Source: Thermoanaerobaculia bacterium (GTDB taxonomy: Bacteria; Acidobacteriota; Thermoanaerobaculia; Gp7-AA8). From it: a DNA stretch of 64,000 nucleotides. The notes under the pieces were generated by a model, which saw nothing but the letters and a program-made list of their open reading frames with translations, was not told the origin of the DNA and did no database searches. This document shows, piece by piece, positions 56,337 through 64,000 of this stretch; the first letter of the stretch is position 1, and every line of letters begins with the position of its first letter. The position numbers and the translations under genes are program-made. The stretch lies in contig DASYJF010000134.1 in the NCBI GenBank assembly GCA_035996815.1, positions 34,096 to 98,095 of the forward strand, in the 5' to 3' direction.

Positions 56337-56498
56337 TCCCCCGAGATCACTGTCTGGCACGATTCGAGCTCTTGCCACAATCGGCCCGAGAGCATCCGGG
56401 AGACGCTGGCGAAATTGAAGCGCGCCGATAATCCCCAAGGGGTCGGCGCGCTTCGTGTTTTTGCGGCAAGCCGCGCAGCGGCGCGTTCGCGCGCGAGG

Positions 56499-56525
56499 CA
56501 CAGACATGAGTGTCTGCGCCACACA
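56499..56525. repeat. REP-like palindromic unit GCACAGACATGAGTGTCTGCGCCACAC (3' of metK)
   Basis: Same family as 46948-46974. Confidence 0.8.
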
Positions 56526-56558
56526 AAAAAAGGCACAGACCGAAGCCTGTGCCTTTCG
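56522..56558 (-). terminator. rho-independent terminator of metK
   Basis: On the minus strand: AAAGGCACAG-gcttcggt-CTGTGCCTTT followed by TTTTTTTGTG. Confidence 0.75.
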
Positions 56559-56578
56559 AATGAATCGATCGCGAGCTG

Positions 56579-57748
56579 CTAAACCGTGACTGCCTCCGCC
56601 TCCACGCCCGCGGCGCTGCGCAGGGTTTCGGCTTTGTCGGTTGCTTCCCAGGTGAACTCCGGCTCGGTGCGGCCGAAGTGGCCGTACGCCGCGGTCTTCT
56701 TGAAGATCGGACGGCGGAGTTTCAGCGAGTCGATGATGCCGCGCGGCGTCATCATGAAATTCTCGCGGACGAGATCGACGATCCGTCCCTGCGAGATGCG
56801 CTCTGTCCCGAACGTGTCGACGTACACCGACACCGGATCGGCCACGCCGATCGCGTACGCCAGCTGCACTTCCACTTCGTCTGCGAGTCCCGAGGCCACG
56901 ATGTTCTTGGCGATGTAGCGGGCCATGTAGCACGCCGAACGGTCGACCTTTGTCGGGTCTTTGCCCGAGAACGCCCCGCCCCCGTGACGGCCGCGGCCGC
57001 CGTAGGTATCGACGATGATCTTGCGTCCGGTCAGGCCGGTGTCGCCCTGCGGTCCGCCGGTGACGAAGCGGCCGGTCGGATTGATGTGGAACTTCGTATT
57101 GGAATCGAGCAGCTCCGCCGGAACGACCGGCTTGATGATCTTCTCGATGATCGCGTCACTCAGATCGCCGTGGCTCACGCTCGGCGAATGCTGGGTCGAG
57201 ATGACGATGGCCGCGGCGCGAATCGGACGCTTCCCCTCGTACTCGATCGTCACCTGTGACTTGCCGTCGGGACGGAGGAAGTCCAGATCGTTCGCTTTGC
57301 GCACTTCCGCGAGGCGGCGGGCCAGCTTGTGCGCGAGCATGATCGGCAGCGGCATCAGCTCCGGTGTTTCGCGGCAGGCGAAGCCGAACATCAGCCCCTG
57401 ATCGCCCGCGCCGCCGGTATCGACGCCCTGCGCGATGTCGGGCGATTGCGGATCGATCGACGACACGACCGCGCACGTCTCGCTGTCGAAGCCGTACTTG
57501 GCGCGGGTGTAGCCGATCTCCTTGATGGTGCTGCGCACGATCGACGGAAAATCGACGTACGTCTTGGTGGTGATCTCGCCCGAGATCATGGCCAGACCGG
57601 TCGTGACGAGCGTTTCGCACGCCACGCGCCCGATCGGATCCTCGGCCAGCACCGCGTCGAGAATCGCATCCGAAATCTGGTCGGCAACCTTATCCGGATG
57701 CCCCTCGGTGACAGACTCCGAGGTGAAGAGAGTTCTATGGATTGACAT
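56579..57748 (-). CDS. metK: S-adenosylmethionine synthase
   Basis: MetK motifs GHPDK, GAGDQG, DTYGG. RBS aggagc. Confidence 0.95.
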   Translation of the reverse strand: MSIHRTLFTSESVTEGHPDKVADQISDAILDAVLAEDPIGRVACETLVTTGLAMISGEITTKTYVDFPSIVRSTIKEIGYTRAKYGFDSETCAVVSSIDPQSPDIAQGVDTGGAGDQGLMFGFACRETPELMPLPIMLAHKLARRLAEVRKANDLDFLRPDGKSQVTIEYEGKRPIRAAAIVISTQHSPSVSHGDLSDAIIEKIIKPVVPAELLDSNTKFHINPTGRFVTGGPQGDTGLTGRKIIVDTYGGRGRHGGGAFSGKDPTKVDRSACYMARYIAKNIVASGLADEVEVQLAYAIGVADPVSVYVDTFGTERISQGRIVDLVRENFMMTPRGIIDSLKLRRPIFKKTAAYGHFGRTEPEFTWEATDKAETLRSAAGVEAEAVTV

Positions 57749-57788
57749 CGTTAAAAGCTCCTGATTGGAATTGGCGAATCCTAACATG

Positions 57789-57815
57789 GTGTGGCACAGG
57801 CACTCCTGTCTGTGG
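57789..57815. repeat. REP-like palindromic unit (inverted copy) in the metK 5' leader / ubiB-like upstream region
   Basis: Reverse complement equals cacagacaggagtgcctgtgccacac. Confidence 0.8.
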
Positions 57816-57850
57816 AGACTCGGCAAGCGCCGTGCAGACTCATCCAAAGA

Positions 57851-59548
57851 ATGCTGAAGACACGCAACATCGGCGCGTATCGTGACCTGCTCGTCCTGTT
57901 TACAAAATACGGCCGCAAAGACTTCCGCCTCTCGCTCGATCCGGAGAGTGTCATCGCCTCCGACGACTCCTCGGCAGAGATCGAGCCCGACGTCGCCAAG
58001 CGCGCGCAAGCGTTCGCGAACACGCTGAAAGGCATGGGCCCGACCTACGTCAAGTTCGGGCAGGTCCTTTCGACGCGTCCCGACATCGTGCCACCCGAAT
58101 ACATCGCCGCACTCGAATCGCTGCAGGACGACGTCGAGCCGTTCTCGTTCGCCGAGGTGGAGAAGATCGTCGAGGAGGAGTTGAAGGTTCGCATTTCCAA
58201 AGCCTTCGAATCCTTCGAATCGACGCCGCTCGCCGCCGCATCCCTCGGCCAGGTTCATCGCGCCGTGCTGCGCGACGGCCGCGAGGTCGTCGTCAAAGTG
58301 CAGCGTCCGAATGTGCGCGAGCAGGTTCGCCACGATCTCGAAGTCTTCGCCGAGATCGCCTCAACGATCGAGCAGCACAGCGACATCGGCCGCAAGATGA
58401 ACCTGACCGGCGCCATCGAGCAGGCCCGCGTCACGCTGCTCAACGAGCTCAATTACGAGCAGGAGGCGCGGAACACGGAGATCCTTCGCCGCAACCTCGC
58501 CGAGTTTCCGCAGATATCGATCCCGACTGTGATCGACGACATGACCACCTCGCGCGTGCTGACGACGGAGCTGGTGCGCGGCCGCAAAGTGTCGAAGCTG
58601 ACGCCGCTGCAGATCATCGATCACGACTACGCCGAGCTTGCCGCGACGCTGACGCGCGCCTACCTGAAGCAGATCTGCGTCGACGGCATCTGGCACTCCG
58701 ATCCGCATCCGGGCAACGTCTTCGTGCGCGATCTCGAAGACAACCAGGCCGAGGTGGTGCTGCTCGACTTCGGGATGGTGAGCCGGATCAGCCGCGAGTT
58801 TCAGGACGAGATCATCAAGATGCTGCTGGGGATGTCGTCGAATCGCGGCGCCGAGGTCGCGGATGCCTGCGTACGCGTGTCCGAAGTGCAGGACGGATTC
58901 GATGCGCCGAAGTTTGTGCGCGAGATCTCCACGGTCGTCGCCACCTTCCACGACGTCGACGTACGGCAGATCAACGTCGGACAACTGATCTTCAACGTCA
59001 TCTCCATCGCCAACAACAACGAGCTGAAGGCGCCGGCGGAGCTGGCCATGCTGGCCAAGACGCTGCTGCACCTCGACAGCGTTACGCGGCGGCTCGATCC
59101 GGAGTTCGACCCACATACGGTGATCCGCGACTACGCGGAACGGTTGATGGGGCAGAAGCTGGCGCAGAAGTTCGCGCCGCGCAATTTCTATCCGGCGCTG
59201 CTCGACCTGAACCAGCTCGTGCTCGACCTCCCCCACCGTGCGCGCGAAATCATCGACCAGACCGCAGCCGGCAAACTGTCGTTCAGTCTGAAGTTGATGC
59301 AGGCGGAGCAGTTTCTGGCCGGCATGCATAAGATCGCCAACCGCATCACGGTCGGCGTGGTGATCGCGGCGCTGCTGATCGCGTCATCGATGATGATGCG
59401 CGTCCCCACGCGCGTGCAGCTCTTCGGCTATCCCGCGATGGCAATGATCGGCTTCCTTCTCGCGGCCGCCGCGGCGCTGTACCTGATCGTGACGACGTTC
59501 CTGCGCGACCGCGCGGATGAGGAGAGGACGAAGTTGAAGGGAAAGTGA
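57851..59548 (+). CDS. ABC1/UbiB/AarF family atypical protein kinase
   Basis: ABC1 kinase-like motifs ([30 protein letters not shown]). Two C-terminal TMs. Confidence 0.85.
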   Translation: MLKTRNIGAYRDLLVLFTKYGRKDFRLSLDPESVIASDDSSAEIEPDVAKRAQAFANTLKGMGPTYVKFGQVLSTRPDIVPPEYIAALESLQDDVEPFSFAEVEKIVEEELKVRISKAFESFESTPLAAASLGQVHRAVLRDGREVVVKVQRPNVREQVRHDLEVFAEIASTIEQHSDIGRKMNLTGAIEQARVTLLNELNYEQEARNTEILRRNLAEFPQISIPTVIDDMTTSRVLTTELVRGRKVSKLTPLQIIDHDYAELAATLTRAYLKQICVDGIWHSDPHPGNVFVRDLEDNQAEVVLLDFGMVSRISREFQDEIIKMLLGMSSNRGAEVADACVRVSEVQDGFDAPKFVREISTVVATFHDVDVRQINVGQLIFNVISIANNNELKAPAELAMLAKTLLHLDSVTRRLDPEFDPHTVIRDYAERLMGQKLAQKFAPRNFYPALLDLNQLVLDLPHRAREIIDQTAAGKLSFSLKLMQAEQFLAGMHKIANRITVGVVIAALLIASSMMMRVPTRVQLFGYPAMAMIGFLLAAAAALYLIVTTFLRDRADEERTKLKGK

Positions 59549-59552
59549 GAGA

Positions 59553-59616
59553 CAGTGGATTAGTGGATTAGTAGATTCGTGCTTGGCCGCGCCCGAATCT
59601 ACTAATTCACTGCTTC
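59553..59616. repeat. GATTAGT-family heptad hairpin between convergent ubiB-like and lptE genes
   Basis: Arms cagtggattagtggattagtagattcg and cgaatctactaattcactg flank a 15-nt GC loop. Confidence 0.8.
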
Positions 59617-60129
59617 TCAGAACCCCTCGAGCAAATTCGTCACCAACGACTCCGCGAACCGCACTGCGATCTCGTTGATCGCGCGCGTCTCCTGGTCAAA
59701 CGCATCGGTCGACTCGGTGTTGACCTGATAGTTCTCGGTGAACCGGTACTGATCGTTCTTCCAGAGCACTTTGTCGTCGGCGCGGTGATCGAGCAGCTCG
59801 ATCTTGGCGGTGATCGAAATCTGATACTGCGTCGCGCGTCCTTGCTGATTGAAGGCGACCGGGAAGATGCCGAAGGAGTCGATGGAGCCGCGCAGGATGA
59901 CGTCCGCGGCCGGCGCGGAGTTCACCAGTTTCAGCCGCCCGCGCGACACGAACTCCGCCGCCACCGCCTGCGTGACGCGCTGTTCTAGCTCGACGCGCGT
60001 AGTGCGGTTCACGAACGCGGGCACCTCGATCGTATGCACCGTTGGCGCAAGCAGGTTGTTGGCGTTGCCGACGAGGCCGTAGCCGCACGAGGCGAGCATC
60101 GGCAGAAGGAAGAGGACGAGGCGTTTCAT
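59617..60129 (-). CDS. lptE: LPS-assembly lipoprotein LptE-like
   Basis: Lipoprotein signal (LASCG). Position immediately downstream of leuS, as in the conserved leuS-lptE arrangement. Confidence 0.6.
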   Translation of the reverse strand: MKRLVLFLLPMLASCGYGLVGNANNLLAPTVHTIEVPAFVNRTTRVELEQRVTQAVAAEFVSRGRLKLVNSAPAADVILRGSIDSFGIFPVAFNQQGRATQYQISITAKIELLDHRADDKVLWKNDQYRFTENYQVNTESTDAFDQETRAINEIAVRFAESLVTNLLEGF

Positions 60130-60156
60130 CGCGGTGAAAGGTAACACGTGACGCGT

Positions 60157-60189
60157 CGTAGCGCCGCCGGCTCGGCGGCTGGCGCTACG
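60157..60189. repeat. GTAG-type REP-like palindrome CGTAGCGCCGCCGGCTCGGCGGCTGGCGCTACG (leuS-lptE intercistronic)
   Basis: Perfect 8-bp outer stem GTAGCGCC/GGCGCTAC with an inner GCCG/CGGC stem. Copies at 1107-1142 and 62732-62768; short version at 48566-48583. Confidence 0.8.
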
Positions 60190-60192
60190 TCG

Positions 60193-62709
60193 CTACGCTT
60201 TCACCACGATGTTCACGAGCTTCCCGGGAACGTAAATCTCTTTCACGACTTCCTTCCCCGAGATCCACTGCTGAACTTTCGCGTTGCCACGAATCGCGGC
60301 CAGGACGACATCCTTCTCCGGCGGATTCGGCACTTCCACCTGTCCGCGCAACTTCCCGTTGACCTGCACGACGATCGTGACGACATCCTCGATCATCAGC
60401 GCAGGATCGGCTTTCGGCCAGGTCGACGTAAGGATGAATCCGGCGTTTCCGAACATCGCCCACAACTCCTCGGTGATGTGCGGCGCGAAGGGATGCAGAA
60501 GTTTGAGCAGCGCCGTGTACGAAACGCGCGCATCCGCCTTCTCGGCCAGCGCATCGCCGATTGCGTTCGACAACTCCATCAGTCCCGAGATGGCGGTGTT
60601 GAATTCGAAGCGGTCGAAACGGCGTGTGACGGCATCGATGGTCTGGTGCGTTTTGCGTGTTAGCACGGCGGATGAAGAGCCAGCATCGCTCATCGTCAGA
60701 ATCTGCTCGCCCATGTTCCACACGCGGTTCAGAAAGCGCGACGCGCCGACCACGCCTTCGTCCGACCACGCCGCTTCCTTCTCCGGCGGCGCGATGAAGA
60801 GCGTGTAGACGCGCTCCGTGTCGGCGCCGTAGCGGTCGATCAGCTCGTCCGGCGGCACGACGTTGTAGCGCGACTTCGACATCTTTCCGACCTCGGCAAT
60901 GACCGGCGTGCCCGTCGGCTTGTGTACTCCGTTCTCGACCTCAGACGGCGAAACCCAATTGCCACTCGCCGTGCGGAAACCTTCCTTAGTGATCATCCCC
61001 TGATTGAAAAGCCGCGTGAACGGCTCTTCGTAATTGGTCAGTCCCATGTCGTGCAGCGTGCGGCAGATGAAGCGCGCGTAGAGCAGGTGCAGGATGGCGT
61101 GCTCGATGCCGCCGATGTACTGATCGACCGGCAGCCAGCGATTCACCAGCGACGGATCGAAGATCTTCGTGTTATCGCCGGCGGAAATGAAGCGCGCGTA
61201 GTACCACGACGAATCGACGAACGTATCCATCGTGTCGGTTTCGCGCTTCGCCGCACCGCCGCAGACCGGACAGGTGGTGTTGACGAATCGCTCGTCCTTC
61301 GCCAGCGGATTTCCCTCGCGTCCCGTGAACGGAACATCGAGTGGCAACTCCACCGGCAGCTCTTCCTCAGGCACCGGAACGATGCCGTCGCGATCGCAGT
61401 ACACCATCGGGATCGGCGTGCCCCAGTAACGCTGGCGCGAGATCAGCCAGTCGCGCAGACGATAGCGAGCCATCTTCTTGCCGATGCCGAGGCGTTCGAT
61501 TTCTTCGATGATCCGTTCGATCGCTTTGGGAGTTGGGAGTCCGGTGATTTCGCCGGAGTCGATTGCGACCGCCGAGTCATCCTTCGCCGAATACGCCTCC
61601 TCAGCGCTCGGCACCTCGCCATTCGCCGGCTTCACCACGACGCGGACCGGCAGCCCGTACTGGCCCGCGAATTCGAAGTCGCGCTGATCGTGTCCAGGCA
61701 CGGCCATGATCGCGCCGGTCCCGTACTGCATCAGCACGAAGTTGCCGAGCCAGATCGGAATCTGCTCGTTCGTGAACGGATTCGTGGCCGTCTTGCCGGT
61801 GAAGCGTCCTTCCTTCCCCGCCTCCTGCCGCTCCAGGTTCGATTGATTGCGCACGCCGGCGATCCACTGCTCGATCTCCGCGCGATCCGGGTTGTCGGCG
61901 ATCAGCGTCGCGACCTCGGGATGCTCCGGCGCGAGAACCATGAACGTCGCGCCGTAGATCGTGTCGGGACGCGTGGTGAAGATTCGGATCGACTTCGCCA
62001 GCGACGGCACCGCGAACTCGACATCGGCGCCAACCGAGCGTCCGATCCAGTTGCGCTGCATCAGCTTTACTTTTTCCGGCCAGTGCTCGAGCGTGTCCAG
62101 CCCTTCGTCGAGCCGGTCGGCGTAGTCGGTAATTCGCAAAAACCACTGCTCGAGGTCGCGCTGCACGACGACGGTGCTGCATCGCTCGCAGCGGCCGTCG
62201 ATGACCTGTTCATTCGCGAGTACCGTCTGATCGGACGGGCACCAGTTCACCGGCGCCTTGGCGCGATACGCCAATCCTCGGCGATACAACTGCAGGAACA
62301 GCCACTGGTTCCAGCGGTAGTACTCCGGCTCGCACGAGGCCAGCTCTTTCGACCAGTCGTAGAGAATCCCCCATCGCAGAAACTGCTTCTTCTCCCGCTC
62401 AATGTTCGACAGCGTCCACTGACGCGGATGGATGCCGCGCTTGATGGCCGCGTTCTCGGCCGGCAGTCCGAAGGCATCCCACCCCATCGGATTGAGCGCC
62501 GCGCGCCCCTGCATCCGAAAATATCGATAGAGGGCATCGCCGAGGATGTAGTTCCGGCCGTGGCCGACATGGAGATCGCCGGACGGATACGGAAACATAT
62601 TCAGCATGTAGAACTTGTCGCCGGGCGCGGCCACATCGACCTCGGCCACCTTCGCATCCGCCCACGCGCGCTGCCACTTCTCTTCGATCAGTTTGGGTTC
62701 GTAAGGCAT
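60193..62709 (-). CDS. leuS: leucine--tRNA ligase
   Basis: HIGH-type motif (HVGHGRNY), KMSKS, and editing/CP1 domain. Confidence 0.95.
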   Translation of the reverse strand: MPYEPKLIEEKWQRAWADAKVAEVDVAAPGDKFYMLNMFPYPSGDLHVGHGRNYILGDALYRYFRMQGRAALNPMGWDAFGLPAENAAIKRGIHPRQWTLSNIEREKKQFLRWGILYDWSKELASCEPEYYRWNQWLFLQLYRRGLAYRAKAPVNWCPSDQTVLANEQVIDGRCERCSTVVVQRDLEQWFLRITDYADRLDEGLDTLEHWPEKVKLMQRNWIGRSVGADVEFAVPSLAKSIRIFTTRPDTIYGATFMVLAPEHPEVATLIADNPDRAEIEQWIAGVRNQSNLERQEAGKEGRFTGKTATNPFTNEQIPIWLGNFVLMQYGTGAIMAVPGHDQRDFEFAGQYGLPVRVVVKPANGEVPSAEEAYSAKDDSAVAIDSGEITGLPTPKAIERIIEEIERLGIGKKMARYRLRDWLISRQRYWGTPIPMVYCDRDGIVPVPEEELPVELPLDVPFTGREGNPLAKDERFVNTTCPVCGGAAKRETDTMDTFVDSSWYYARFISAGDNTKIFDPSLVNRWLPVDQYIGGIEHAILHLLYARFICRTLHDMGLTNYEEPFTRLFNQGMITKEGFRTASGNWVSPSEVENGVHKPTGTPVIAEVGKMSKSRYNVVPPDELIDRYGADTERVYTLFIAPPEKEAAWSDEGVVGASRFLNRVWNMGEQILTMSDAGSSSAVLTRKTHQTIDAVTRRFDRFEFNTAISGLMELSNAIGDALAEKADARVSYTALLKLLHPFAPHITEELWAMFGNAGFILTSTWPKADPALMIEDVVTIVVQVNGKLRGQVEVPNPPEKDVVLAAIRGNAKVQQWISGKEVVKEIYVPGKLVNIVVKA

Positions 62710-62731
62710 AGGCGGCGGAGTATAGCGAGGG

Positions 62732-62768
62732 CGTAGCGCCGACGGCTCGTCGGCTGGGACCGCCAGCG
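62732..62768. repeat. GTAG-type REP-like palindrome upstream of leuS
   Basis: cgtagcgccgacggctcgtcggctgggaccgccagcg. Confidence 0.75.
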
Positions 62769-62855
62769 AAGGCTTTCGAACCGCAGAGGCCGTCAAGAAA
62801 TCCCCAGGGAATGGGCTACGGACGGAAGTATACTTTGCCTACCAAGGAGGAAGTT

Positions 62856-63428
62856 ATGCACAAGATTCGCAAGGCAGTCCTGGCCATTTCGTTCGCCGCC
62901 CTCTTCATCCTGGCCGGCACCGCAGCGCATGCAAGTTGTCCCACGATCACGACCCTCTATTCCTACCCATCCACCTATTACCAGTTCGCCGTCGATTCGA
63001 CTTGCCTTACCAGCTCAGGGGTTACGCCGGTCTCCGTGTCGTGGTGCTATCCCATGTACGTACCGGGCTACTCGTACGGAATGGGCTATGACAACAACAC
63101 CACGTGGTCGTTCACCGTGCCTGCTGATGATGCGAACTACACGAGAAAGGCAAACTGGAGCGCCAGCACGCAGGTGACCTTCTCCTCTCCGACCTCGAGC
63201 TCCTACGACGCTATCCGTGGCTATGTGTACGTCACACACAATGGCTACACGTCGGTTTACAACTGGTTCTCCCTCTACGGGGGCGGCTCGTCGACCCAGT
63301 ACTGCAATAACCAGAGTGTGTCGTTCAGCGCTACGACCGGCGACACAATCACGCTCGTCATCGAGAACACGCGGTGGGACTCCAACGCCGTCACGGAGGC
63401 TGGGACGCCGTACATCCTCAACTACTAG
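62856..63428 (+). CDS. secreted Ser/Thr/Tyr-rich hypothetical protein, lower GC than surroundings
   Basis: Strong RBS aaggagg, signal peptide ending AHASC, four Cys; distinct composition. Confidence 0.5.
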   Translation: MHKIRKAVLAISFAALFILAGTAAHASCPTITTLYSYPSTYYQFAVDSTCLTSSGVTPVSVSWCYPMYVPGYSYGMGYDNNTTWSFTVPADDANYTRKANWSASTQVTFSSPTSSSYDAIRGYVYVTHNGYTSVYNWFSLYGGGSSTQYCNNQSVSFSATTGDTITLVIENTRWDSNAVTEAGTPYILNY

Positions 63429-63474
63429 CCCAGCTTGGTTGCTTGCGCTAAGCGACGGCTCGGGGATTCCTTCG

Positions 63475-63912
63475 TTACGAGTTCCAAACGAAGGTGACCG
63501 GGCCGTCGTTCTCCAACGACACGATCATCATTTCGCGGAAGCGTCCCGTCTTCACCTCGATGCCGGTCGAGGCCAACTCGCTGACGAACAGCTCGAACAT
63601 CACCCTCGCGCGCTCCGGCTCCTCGGCGTTGTCGAAACTCGGACGGCGTCCGCGTGCGATCGATCCCGCCAGAGTGAACTGCGACACCGCGAGGATCGAG
63701 CCGCCGGCTTCGGTGACATCGCGATTCATCTTGCCCGCGTCGTCGCTGAAGATGCGCAGCTCGCGGATCTTCTTCGCGGCGTCGTGCATGACCTGCTCGG
63801 CGTCGCCTTTCTCGACTGCGGCAAGGACGAGCAACCCGATTCCGATCTCCGACACGGTCTCGTCGCCGACGGTCACCGAAGCTCGGCGAACGCGCTGAAT
63901 GACGCACTTCAT
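63475..63912 (-). CDS. dtd: D-aminoacyl-tRNA deacylase
   Basis: Dtd motifs (MKCVIQRV, SQFTL, GPVT). Confidence 0.9.
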   Translation of the reverse strand: MKCVIQRVRRASVTVGDETVSEIGIGLLVLAAVEKGDAEQVMHDAAKKIRELRIFSDDAGKMNRDVTEAGGSILAVSQFTLAGSIARGRRPSFDNAEEPERARVMFELFVSELASTGIEVKTGRFREMMIVSLENDGPVTFVWNS

Positions 63913-64000
63913 GGGCGAATTCTACCCACGGTAGAAAAACGCACGGCATCGCGCCGCTCGCATAAAATGCGCGGACCCGCACGACTTCCGGAGACCCTCG

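Noticed and set aside
54611-56400. Pup-like small ORF (ending GGQ/GGE) next to the PafA/Dop-like ligase
   Set aside because: No ORF of 50-80 aa with a Gly-Gly-Gln/Glu terminus is present on either strand near the gene.
57749-57850. SAM riboswitch in the metK 5' leader
   Set aside because: The only conserved structure is the REP-like hairpin also found at three unrelated sites. No SAM-I, SAM-II or SAM-IV consensus (kink-turn/pseudoknot signatures) is recognisable by eye; this needs a covariance-model scan to exclude fully.
1-64000. tRNA, rRNA or tmRNA genes
   Set aside because: No cloverleaf-compatible sequence with a T-loop (GTTCRANYC) or anticodon-stem context was seen in any intergenic region; the intergenic regions are occupied by repeat elements.

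Overview
This is a 64 kb, high-GC (about 66-68%) bacterial chromosomal segment; the gene content suggests a soil Acidobacteria- or Gemmatimonadota-like organism, but that is a guess. About 65 protein-coding genes are supportable and no rRNA, tRNA or CRISPR array is present. Recognisable housekeeping genes are cysS, ruvA, rsmA, metK, leuS, lptE, dtd and msrA. Operons include a NitT/TauT-type ABC importer with two paralogous permeases, a fatty-acid beta-oxidation pair (FadJ-like plus acyl-CoA ligase), an ABC-2 exporter, two ECF sigma/anti-sigma pairs, a complete Bat aerotolerance operon (MoxR, DUF58, DUF4381, BatA, BatB, BatC, BatD), two GT-C-fold membrane glycosyltransferase-like genes and an LMF1-like gene. 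The most unusual content is non-coding. (1) A 13-14-copy tandem array of 21/22-bp palindromic units with a 43-bp higher-order period, flanked by inverted 27-bp REP-like elements, sits inside the Bat operon between batB and batC. (2) At least four families of short interspersed repeats occur, three built from tandem heptamers (GGTCAGT, GATTAGT, GGGGAGT/GGGGTGT, AATGTTG) arranged as inverted arms at gene boundaries. (3) Several 150-165-bp near-perfect long inverted-repeat (MITE-like) elements and a GTAG-type REP family are present. Protein-level candidates worth a second look are a translationally coupled HsdR_N-like nuclease-fold plus PIN-like pair, a secreted clan-CD (caspase/legumain-like) protein, a PafA/GCS2-like carboxylate-amine ligase, and an ABC substrate-binding gene with an in-frame TGA and no canonical start.
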